From positions 2,898 to 47,978 of the forward strand of contig JARRQD010000011.1 in NCBI GenBank assembly GCA_037382205.1: a DNA stretch of 45,081 nt, written 5' to 3'. Below the pieces are notes generated by a model that was not told the origin of the DNA, searched no databases, and was given only the letters and a program-made list of their open reading frames with translations. This document shows positions 20,221 to 29,488 of the stretch, piece after piece (position 1 is the stretch's first letter; each line of letters opens with the position of its first letter). The position numbers and the translations under genes were made by a program. Origin of the DNA: Candidatus Thiodiazotropha sp. GTDB lineage: Bacteria; Pseudomonadota; Gammaproteobacteria; Chromatiales; Chromatiaceae.

Positions 20221-20789
20221 CAGTTTGCAGCCGATACGACTTTCTTGTACTCCTTGACAATATCTTCTGCACTGGCCAAGCCATCGATGCGCGTCCAGTG
20301 CTTTCCTCCTTGACCTCGTATCAGGGTGATCGGTTCATGATTCATTTTGGATCCACGGAAGATGTCAAATGCCTTCTCCACAGATACTATGTCATTGTAG
20401 CTGCCGGTATAGAAGTTCCATTGGTCACCCGCTTTAAATCTTTTCGAATATTCCATTAACTGCTCTGGAGTGTCGTAGTCCGGATCGATGGTTATCGACA
20501 CCATGGATAGCGAGCCGACCTCATCACCCAATATCTTTTGAACTTGATGAAAGCTGGCAGAGAGAACCGGACAGATGGTTGTACAGGTGGTGAAGATAAA
20601 ATTCAGCATCACAGGTTTGTCACTATCCAGTATATCTGCGAGCTGTAGCGGCTCACCTCTGTGTGAGATCAGTTTGACGTCAGGCAGATGGTAACTGGCG
20701 TGTTTTACTTGATAGGACTTATTTTCCAGCATTGCCCGATGGTGGGCATGTTGATCATGCTTATGTAGAGAATGATCTTGCATATTCAT
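20220..20789 (-). CDS. SCO1/SenC copper chaperone with His-rich N-terminus
   Basis: FIFTTCTTICP (CxxxC), 'SITIDPDYDTP', distal His (NHEP); N-terminus DHSLHKHDQHAHH. Confidence 0.9.
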   Translation of the reverse strand: MNMQDHSLHKHDQHAHHRAMLENKSYQVKHASYHLPDVKLISHRGEPLQLADILDSDKPVMLNFIFTTCTTICPVLSASFHQVQKILGDEVGSLSMVSITIDPDYDTPEQLMEYSKRFKAGDQWNFYTGSYNDIVSVEKAFDIFRGSKMNHEPITLIRGQGGKHWTRIDGLASAEDIVKEYKKVVSAAN

Positions 20790-23700
20790 AGCAACTTTGA
20801 ATCGGTCACCAAGCTTCTGGGAGTTATTTGGCCTAGTGATGCAATCGAGTTTGAATTCCCTTTTATTGTCCGCTCATCAACGGAGTACTTTCTGATTGCT
20901 GGAACTTGGCGGATATACTGCAGTTGCAGATAGCCTAAGAAAAATACCATCAAACCTAACAGAAGCAACAGATCGGCTGATCCACCACCTCCGCCGCCAC
21001 CACCATTGTCAACACTCCCCCCATCCTGGCCATCATCATCTTCTATGGTCAAAGTAAAGCTGCCTGAATCATTATCGATACTGGCAGTAGCGGATGCATT
21101 ACCCAGTACAAAAGTGACTGTTCGGTTTCCATCAACAACCGTATTGTCAATGATCTCCATATTGATCGTCTTCTGAGTTTCATTGTTGGCGAACACCAGA
21201 GTGCCAGTGGTAACATTGAAATCGCTACCAACTACCGCTGTTGAAACACCGACACTCAGATCCACACTGACGCTTCCAGTGAGCACCTCACTGCGGTCTA
21301 TGGTGAAACTCGCATTGACTGAAGATTCATTCACAGTAAGGCTGGTAATGGTAAAGCCAATCACTGCAGACGCACTGAGTGCGTCATCATCAGTGATTGT
21401 TATCTGTCCCTGACTCTGCTCCCCGGCTACCGCGCCACCCTGGAAGTTACTCATTAGCAACAGTATGCTTTCATCTGATTCCACTTCGGAATCATTGAGC
21501 ACTGGCACTGTAAACGTCTGCTCGGTGGCATCGCCATCGGCAAAACTGACCGTGCCGGAGCGATAGGTATAATCCGAAGAGGCTGTCGCAGTGCCATCTG
21601 CGGTATTGTAGTCAACAGATACCGCACCGCTTGAACCACCACTGCGTGAAACGGTTACACTCACCTCTCCACCATCCTCCGCTGCAACAATCGCTGTATT
21701 GGAAAAAATCAGCGAACCTGCCGCTGGCGGTTGATCATCGTCACTCACGGTTATCGTGGCGGTAGCAGTATCACCAACTGACGCACCAACCGCATTGGAG
21801 AGTACCAGATTGATGGTCTCATCCCCTTCAAAAAGTGCGTCATCCATGATTGTCACTTCAAAGGTCTTTGTCACTTCGCCGTCAGCAAATGTCAATATAC
21901 CGCTTGCCACCTGGTAATCGATACCGGCGTTAGCTGTACCATCAGCGGTTGCATAGTTGACCTGTGCAACACCGGTACTACCACCCTGACGCTCCACAGT
22001 AACCTCGATCAAACCATCAGTCTCCGCTGCAACAAAGCCACTGGCACTGAAAACCAGTAGACCCGCTGCGGGTGCCTGATCATCTTCGGCGATGATCAGA
22101 GTGACCTGAGAGGTCTCTCCCAGTACGGCGCCCCCGGTTGGATTGCTCAGAGTCAAAATAACCTGCTCATCCCCTTCGTACCCGTTGTCATCAAGCAGTG
22201 TGACCTGGAATGGCAAAACTCAAACTCCCCGATGCAGCGGTATAGTCCTCTCCAGCCACTGCGGTCAAATCACTGGAGGCATAGCTGACGCCTATGGCGC
22301 CACTGCTGCCACCTGAACGAGAGACTGAGATGGTGGCTGTACCACCATCCTCATTGATCTGATATTCGGAAAGGCTAAACTGAAGACTGCCTGAGGCAGG
22401 AACAGGGTCATCACTGCTCAAAGTTACTACAGCTGAGGCCGGCGTACTCAGTACAGCACCACCACCAGGCGAGGCCAGTGTTATCATAAAGGTCTCGTCA
22501 GTCTCGTAACTGCTATCATCCAATAGTGGTATTGTACAATTGCTGGTGAGCTCACCATCGGCAAAATTTACTGTCGTTTGGGTAGCTGTATAGTCCGATC
22601 CTGCGGTGGCCGTTAGATTACTTGTACGACAAACGATGGAGACGGCGCCACTGCTGCCATTGCTCCGAGTCACCGGAACTTGTATTGTTGCATCACTCTC
22701 AGAAGCGTTATAACTTGAACCACTGAACTGCAATCTGCCCGCATTGGCGATCGGTTCGTCATCAGTAATCGAGACTTCTGCGACATCCCTGACACCCAGG
22801 CTAACCGATTGTGGATTTGACAGGGTGATAAGCAGTGTCTCTGTGCCTTCAGCCGTTGCATCATCTGTGATGTCCAGAGTGACACTACTGCTGATCTGGC
22901 CATCGATAAATGATAAGCTGCCAGAAGCCGCTGTGTAATCGCTGCCATCGATTGCGGTCACATCACTCATTGCATAGTTCACAGAACCGCTACCTGAACT
23001 ACCACCATCACGCTGCACGGTGATGGTAACGCTGCCATCAGCCTCACTGAAGCTATAGCTACTGCTACTGAACTGGACTTGTCCGACGGCCGCTGCATCA
23101 TTATCAGTAATGGTGATCGTCGCACTGTTTTGCGCGCCAATATTCAGACCACTGAGATTAACCGTAAAATTTTCGCTCTCCTCGAAGACGTTATCATCCA
23201 GAATATCAATGGTAATATGTTGACTACTTTCACCATCAGCAAAGTTAAGTGTTCCCGAGACTGCTGTGTAGTCTTGACCAGCACTGGCCGTGCCGGTTTC
23301 ACTATCGCTCGAGTAATCAACAGAGAGGGCGCCACTGGTGCCACCGGTGCGCTCCACTGTGAGCAGAAGTGTTGAAGCACTTTCGCCCACACTGTAGGAA
23401 GCGCTACTGAACTGCAACTTCTGCCCGGGAAACGCGCCTGACTGGGCACCGAGAGTAAAGTCATCTGAGAAGAAGATATTGACCTCATCGCCACCCTCAT
23501 CCACCGCCGCCACCTGCACAGTAGTAAAACCTGCATCGTCGATGAAGCCAAGAAATGTCCATTCAGATACTGTGGCATCAGAGCCAGTAAAGTCCACCGC
23601 AGCTGAACCATTGGCGGTAAAACCAATTTTTGCCCCGGTACTGCTACGAAACCAACCGCCCACCCCATAAAGCGTTGTACCGCTTGCAGACAGTGTATAT

Positions 23701-24062
23701 TTATCCGGTACCAAGTGGGTGTTTCTGTTGTCCACTGGAAACATCAGATAGCTGCCTTCGTGAACATCGCCACCACTGGTGGAGGTGCGAACAAATGAGG
23801 ATTCCGTTGAACTGCCTGACCAGGTAATCCCTTGAGAAGTGACACTCTGAACACCGCTACTCCGGGTTCCTTCCCAATCACTGCCCTCAAAGCTCTCTTT
23901 TGTAAGATCCGTGGAGATGGAAGGCAGGTTCGAGAGATCCTGTATAAACTGGGCTTCAGCTGTTGCATCGCAGCAATAAACGCTCACCACTGCATGAGAT
24001 TCAAGTGAGTAGATCAGTCCAAATATTGTTAGCAAACCAAGCAGATGATTTCTGTATTGCAT
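20786..24062 (-). pseudogene. Exported 7xCalx-beta protein with C-terminal GlyGly-CTERM-like anchor, frameshifted at ~22211 (ORFs 22191-24062 and 20786-22216)
   Basis: Upstream ORF ends SGSLSFA|IPGHTA*; downstream frame resumes FQVTLLDD within the same Calx-beta repeat; poly-Gly + hydrophobic helix near the C-terminus. Confidence 0.8.
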
Positions 24063-24084
24063 ATTTCCTTCTCAAGTCAGCAGA

Positions 24085-24681
24085 TCAGTTGACTGTTAAA
24101 TTTTCAGCTTTGAAGTCGCCTATCACCATAGTAACCTTTTCTCCTGATTTTACATGGGCATCAGGATTGCCGAATACCATATAGTAAGTTTTGTTGGGCT
24201 TGATATTTTTGCCCCGATTGGTTGCCCTGAAGGCGCCCACGTTGGCAGCCATTGGTATAGGTAGTTTAGCATTAGATTTCTCAACCTTAAGGTACGGTTT
24301 GATACGCTGATCAAAAAATATCTTGGCTTTCTCTAAATCAAGCACCTTAAATCTAAAATCGATCATATAACCAGCGGCGGTAAGATGAAGACTGAGCAGC
24401 TCAATCCCCCATTTATCAGCGATTTTTTTGACTGTTACATGATCCGTCGGCGGTTTTGCAACAGACGGCTTGACAATGGGCGGTTGCCAAGTTTTTTCTT
24501 TTGACACTTGCGCTATGGTTTTCACGTCAGCCTTCTCCTTAGCATTTGCGATTGATGCAGTAAAGGCAATAAAGCCCATACTACAAATCACCAGGACAAG
24601 AATCACCAGCAGTGGATTGCCACCTGGATGTCTCTCCCGCTCATCCTCAAACCTGTTTTTGGAAACGTCTGAACTTCTCAT
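24085..24681 (-). CDS. Conserved hypothetical membrane-anchored/exported protein of the oxidase operon
   Basis: N-terminal TM, then a basic beta-rich domain 'WGIELLSLHLTAAGYMIDFRFKV...YYMVFGNP...VIGD'; RBS-like TAGGT. Confidence 0.7.
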   Translation of the reverse strand: MRSSDVSKNRFEDERERHPGGNPLLVILVLVICSMGFIAFTASIANAKEKADVKTIAQVSKEKTWQPPIVKPSVAKPPTDHVTVKKIADKWGIELLSLHLTAAGYMIDFRFKVLDLEKAKIFFDQRIKPYLKVEKSNAKLPIPMAANVGAFRATNRGKNIKPNKTYYMVFGNPDAHVKSGEKVTMVIGDFKAENLTVN

Positions 24682-24712
24682 GGTACTACCTAGGTGTTTG
24701 GTGTTGTCTATC

Positions 24713-24738
24713 CCGCCCCCCCGATAGCAAGGGGGCGG
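24713..24738. terminator. GC-rich hairpin after the third cupredoxin gene (attenuator or mRNA-stabilising stem)
   Basis: CCGCCCCC-N10-GGGGGCGG; no U-tract on the minus (coding) strand. Confidence 0.4.
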
Positions 24739-24756
24739 CGTTTCACGTCATACTGA

Positions 24757-27700
24757 TTATGGCTCTATAGCGATCGGAACATTCAAGTAGACAGCCTCAG
24801 GATAGGTTGCCAGATCTACGACCTCTAGCTCCAGATAGTCGTTGGCATCCGGTGCTTCTACTTCGGGCCGGTTGTTGCCAACACCGTTGACATTGATACT
24901 CCATACACGTTGCCCGCCTGCATTCCTGATACGACCATTATTGTTGTTGGTCGCTGTGGGAACGATTTCGACCCGCGGTGAAGCCACACCGTTGGCATCG
25001 ACACGCACCAGGAAGGCTCGTACCCCCTGCGCACCACCGGAAGTGGGGATTGCAGAATCTACAATACCTCTGAGGCGCCATCTATCATTGCCAGTGCCTG
25101 CTGTATTCCGTTCCAGGTACGAGACACGAGTAATAGTGATCTGACGAGCATAGTCAGCCTGAGCTGTATTACTCAGACCACCGTTTAGATCACTGACTTC
25201 AAACTCGACACTGCCTAGCACACCGACACTGTTGTTATCGATCAAGATGGGTGTGATAGCACCATCAACCGAGATCGCAGGATCGAGTGTATCCGGATCA
25301 TTTACCTCTGAGGCGATGAACGCTGTATCACCATCCACATCGGTAACGTTACCAAGCACGCCTGGCGGTGCAATGCTAAAGGTAACGCTCTGCGGCTGTC
25401 CCTGTGGCCCGAGTACAGTAGCCGCCGCATCCTGCAGATAGAACAGCTCATTGACCGCTACTGGATTATCATTCACAGGATTCACAGTAATCTCTGCTGT
25501 CACTGTGTTACTACTGATGGTTACCAGAGCGCCGCCATCATCGTAGCTCTCTTCCAGGTGATAGACGATGGTATCGGCACCTCTCGCACCCCCTGCATCA
25601 TTGAGCGTACAGGCATCCCCATCGTCCACTGGAGGATTGTCACTATTCCAATCCAGCAGAGGTTCGTAGTGGAAGGATCCGATCGCGCCATCATAGCTAA
25701 AGCTACCGGCAGCCGTATTGATACAGCTTGGCACGCTGTCCACAACCACGGCCAGTGTGCCGCCATGTATACCCGCTTCGCCATTCAACAGGCCGTTGGC
25801 GGCAACCACATCCAAAACAGCATCTTCGTCAGTCGTGTAGGTTTTTCCTCCAACTGCAATCAGACCGGATGCGGCAGCAGGATCGATGGTAACTGTAGCG
25901 ACGGGTGGGTCAGCGAGACAGACATCATCCCCGGGAGCACTGGTCAGACAGTAGGTAAAGCTTGCTCCTGTAAATGACGCAGGTGGGCTATAGGTAATCG
26001 TGCCGTCGTCATTCACCGTTGCTGTACCGGCAGTCGCGGGGGATGCAAGCGCCAAACCATAGACGAGCGGCAGATTGAAGTCGTTGGCATCAATATCGGC
26101 TGTACCAACTTGATCCAGTGTCAATGTATCGTCGATCAGGGTCGGGCCGGGCAGTACTAATGCGACTTCTGCGGTTTGTAGCTCCACCACATTCAGACCA
26201 TCTGTGATGGTAAATTCGAGCGCAACAATCTGTGGTGTTGGATCAGCCGTAAAATCGATCGTGCAGCTTCCTGCCGTATCGTTGCAAGCTAATGGATAAG
26301 ATGCCCCAGCTAGGGATACGGAACCATCAAATACCGTTACTGTATCCCCGGGGGTAACATCCGTTGCACCAGCCACAAGGTCTGCCAGGTTGAATGTAGC
26401 TACACCAGACACCAGATCTTCCGTGGAAATCACAACTTGAGGCGTGATTGGCAATTCTGGGGCTGCATTGAGCTCGACAGTAATATCGATATTACCTGAA
26501 ACTGGGGTGCTGTTTGCAGCAGTGACGATATCGTATTGGTATTGGGTTGTCTCACCTCCCGACACAGTTGGTGGCAAGCCTGAATCAACGGTTAAGTCAC
26601 AAGTTGAACCCGCTGCTTGGCAATCTAATGTCAAAGTCAGGCCAGGAATCGTCAACACATCAATTAGTGATGTATTGGGAGTAGCAAGTTGGATTGCATC
26701 ATTATCCGCATCCACATCATTGGCCAACACATCAATGGTTTCTGTTACCTGGTAACCCGTATCACTACCCACAACCTCTGGGATCTGGATCGTGATTGAA
26801 TCAGCATTCGCAACCGGTGGTTGGTTGGCGCCAACATTGAAACCGAGAAAACGTATCATACCGCCGATTTCGTCACCCTGATTGAAATCTTCAGGATCAC
26901 TCGGATTGGTCATGTTGCCATTACCATCATAGACCGCATACTGACCACTGTGGGTTGGCTGAATGATGACATCTTTGGTTTTTAATGGAGGCAGGCCAAC
27001 TGAGTACTGCTGAACAGGCGCAGCATGGATACCAGTATCATCCTCATAAGTATATGGGATGCCGTCCTCGGCATGGATTGTACCGTAGAGCCCCTGTAAA
27101 ACCGGTACATGTTTCTCGGTAGCTGCGCTTACAAAGCGTAACAGTGTCGGACCAGCTGTGGTCAATGGATTTAAACCATCTTCATCAGTGACGATTGCCG
27201 GATAGCCTGCCTGGTAGGGTTGTCCATTGATCAAATACCAATTGGGATGACGATGGATAGCAGACTCCAGTGTGCCGGCAACGACTTCCGCATTAAATGC
27301 TGTATCGATATCATGGTAGAAGAGGATGACTTCATTGTCGTAGCTAACCTCATCACCGGTGAGATCAGTTCTGACATCATAAAGCAGATTGCCTGCATCC
27401 AAGTCTTTGGTAGCGACACCATACAGCCCCATATAGAGCTGTTTCTGAGGAATAGTGCCTGTATGGTAGATAAAAGTACCACTGTTATCGATGGGATTCC
27501 CGTTTGCTGCCGTCCAGTTATACTGTTGAGTGCCGCCAGCCGGCGCCTCTAGACCGTATGAACGCATCTTCAGGCTGAGATCGCTGCCACGACTGCTGCG
27601 GGCAACACCGTCATTCCAGGTTGGCCCCATCTGTCCGGCGGAACTGGGCAGTGGTTGACCGGGAATGACTATCGATGTCTCTTCCGGCAACATATTGGTC

Positions 27701-28008
27701 AGAAAGATATTCAGGTCGGTGTCTGTTGGATCGATACTAATCCTTGGTCCTGGCGCACTCGCGACCGGACCAGTACAGTCTGCACCGGCCACATCGGGTG
27801 ATCCACTGTTGTAACAGGCGCCATTAGGATCCAGTGCATAACCCCACATGGTGGGATCCTCCGCAGCCGGGACACCTGGCAGATCCAGTGTGAATTCTTT
27901 CGCAATGAGATAGACATCCAATGCATTCGCCTGTCCAGCGGCAACAGCCAGAGCACAGGCGACTACGATCGGTTTCAGTGTTCGCTTCATGGTATTAGAC
28001 CTTTTCAT
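24757..28008 (-). CDS. Cupredoxin subunit C: two Cu-ligand-less multicopper-oxidase-like domains followed by cadherin/Ig-like (Big_9-type) repeats
   Basis: Start 28008 with RBS GGGAGG; signal ending GQANA; 'MWGY', 'PGPRI', 'GTFIYHTG...YMGLYG', 'LING.PY', 'GGMI'; then 'NQPPVANAD', 'DVLANDVDAD', 'VNPVNDNPVAVN'. Confidence 0.75.
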   Translation of the reverse strand: MKRSNTMKRTLKPIVVACALAVAAGQANALDVYLIAKEFTLDLPGVPAAEDPTMWGYALDPNGACYNSGSPDVAGADCTGPVASAPGPRISIDPTDTDLNIFLTNMLPEETSIVIPGQPLPSSAGQMGPTWNDGVARSSRGSDLSLKMRSYGLEAPAGGTQQYNWTAANGNPIDNSGTFIYHTGTIPQKQLYMGLYGVATKDLDAGNLLYDVRTDLTGDEVSYDNEVILFYHDIDTAFNAEVVAGTLESAIHRHPNWYLINGQPYQAGYPAIVTDEDGLNPLTTAGPTLLRFVSAATEKHVPVLQGLYGTIHAEDGIPYTYEDDTGIHAAPVQQYSVGLPPLKTKDVIIQPTHSGQYAVYDGNGNMTNPSDPEDFNQGDEIGGMIRFLGFNVGANQPPVANADSITIQIPEVVGSDTGYQVTETIDVLANDVDADNDAIQLATPNTSLIDVLTIPGLTLTLDCQAAGSTCDLTVDSGLPPTVSGGETTQYQYDIVTAANSTPVSGNIDITVELNAAPELPITPQVVISTEDLVSGVATFNLADLVAGATDVTPGDTVTVFDGSVSLAGASYPLACNDTAGSCTIDFTADPTPQIVALEFTITDGLNVVELQTAEVALVLPGPTLIDDTLTLDQVGTADIDANDFNLPLVYGLALASPATAGTATVNDDGTITYSPPASFTGASFTYCLTSAPGDDVCLADPPVATVTIDPAAASGLIAVGGKTYTTDEDAVLDVVAANGLLNGEAGIHGGTLAVVVDSVPSCINTAAGSFSYDGAIGSFHYEPLLDWNSDNPPVDDGDACTLNDAGGARGADTIVYHLEESYDDGGALVTISSNTVTAEITVNPVNDNPVAVNELFYLQDAAATVLGPQGQPQSVTFSIAPPGVLGNVTDVDGDTAFIASEVNDPDTLDPAISVDGAITPILIDNNSVGVLGSVEFEVSDLNGGLSNTAQADYARQITITRVSYLERNTAGTGNDRWRLRGIVDSAIPTSGGAQGVRAFLVRVDANGVASPRVEIVPTATNNNNGRIRNAGGQRVWSINVNGVGNNRPEVEAPDANDYLELEVVDLATYPEAVYLNVPIAIEP

Positions 28009-28024
28009 GATTGTGCCCTCCCGA

Positions 28025-29470
28025 TTAATAGATAGGTGTACTAGGAGGCAGCACAACGACAGAACCCAGGCTTCCGCCGGGAAAGATATCAAAGGTAGTC
28101 AGCTCTTTTTCAGCATGGGAGTGCCATACCAGGAAATAGCCGCCGAAGGGATTTAAGCCACCTTCACCAGGAGGCAGGTCTCCGGTGTCACCCAGGAAAG
28201 GACTGCCACTCCACCAGCCACCTAGAGTCAGGTCACCGACACCCGGCAGTGAAACTGGGATTGGCTTGCCGTGGTCATTACACCATTCACCAGGGTAGTC
28301 AGATCCTGCATCGGCGTATCCATCACGGGGACTGACGTCGATACAGTTGTGGCCAGTATCGTGGCCATAGATATCCCAACCCAGGTCTTTACCTGTCCAG
28401 GACCATAGGGCATCAACCGTCTGCTTAGGTGCAGAGTTGATGGTATTATCGGAGCGACCCAAGTTGGAGACCAAACCGTCAGAGCTGAGCATCTTACCGT
28501 CACGACCGATGAAGCGAAGGTTTTCGCCATGGTAGTGCATGGGGTGTGGATCCTGGCCGGCATTGACACTGCGCACCAACACATGGTCACCTGGATGCGC
28601 CATCACAAGGGACTCATAAGGTTGGTTTGGGAATAGCGTGTTGTAGTCCCCTTGAAAAAGATCGGGAAAGACCCTTCCATTGATAAACCAAACCTTGGCA
28701 TAGCGGTCGGTATTGGTGAAGTGGTTAACATGCCCCTTCTCCATCTGGATATGGATATCCGGATCGATCTCAGTCATCAGATAGAGGTTTTCCTGATCGT
28801 ATTCGGTTGCTGTGCCTGCACCATAGGCGGTCCGATTGTTGACCGGGTCAAAATCCGCCGGCCTGACGATCATCGCACCCACCAGCCCCATCTCTGTATG
28901 CAGACCAGGGTTGGCGCCTGCCAGACTGTGGTAGACATAAGTGCCAGGTGACCCCGCAGTAAAGCGATAACTCACGGCCTGACCCACAGCGGCTTCATTG
29001 GTGAAGCGGCCTGGCGTACAGTTTGTCGCGCCCGTTGTTGGCGTGGCGCCGCCGGGATCAGGAATATCGATGCATTGAGAAGTGATCTGATGGCCAGTCA
29101 CCTCAACTGAAATATTATCCGGCACACCGTAGTTGACCAGGTTAATGGTTACATCTTCACCCTCTGTTACGATCAGGGTTGGTGCGGGATATTGCGGCAG
29201 TTGGTAGTTGTTACCCTCGTCGTGTGAGGTGCTCGTCTCCTCCCCCAGATCCAGATCACCGAAGCCCCACATGTAGAGACTGGTGCCTTCCGGCAGATTC
29301 ATATTGAATGGGTAGGCATAGAGGTTGAACACACCATTGGCACCTTGCGAGATACCACGGATATCGTGTGCCGCCTGAGACTGCTGTACAGTCAGTGCAC
29401 TGCTGGCGCCCAAAAATAGGAGGCCCATAAGCCGTCCAGGTTGTTTGAGTAGTTGTTTCATTAATCTCAT
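28025..29470 (-). CDS. Multicopper-oxidase subunit B (domain-2 HxH motifs, no type-1 Cys); likely start 29461
   Basis: Signal peptide; 'PAPTLIVTEG', GTYVYHS, 'INGR.FPD', HPMHYHG, WHSH. Confidence 0.85.
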   Translation of the reverse strand: MRLMKQLLKQPGRLMGLLFLGASSALTVQQSQAAHDIRGISQGANGVFNLYAYPFNMNLPEGTSLYMWGFGDLDLGEETSTSHDEGNNYQLPQYPAPTLIVTEGEDVTINLVNYGVPDNISVEVTGHQITSQCIDIPDPGGATPTTGATNCTPGRFTNEAAVGQAVSYRFTAGSPGTYVYHSLAGANPGLHTEMGLVGAMIVRPADFDPVNNRTAYGAGTATEYDQENLYLMTEIDPDIHIQMEKGHVNHFTNTDRYAKVWFINGRVFPDLFQGDYNTLFPNQPYESLVMAHPGDHVLVRSVNAGQDPHPMHYHGENLRFIGRDGKMLSSDGLVSNLGRSDNTINSAPKQTVDALWSWTGKDLGWDIYGHDTGHNCIDVSPRDGYADAGSDYPGEWCNDHGKPIPVSLPGVGDLTLGGWWSGSPFLGDTGDLPPGEGGLNPFGGYFLVWHSHAEKELTTFDIFPGGSLGSVVVLPPSTPIY

Positions 29471-29488
29471 CTCCTAGTTCGGCCGGGC

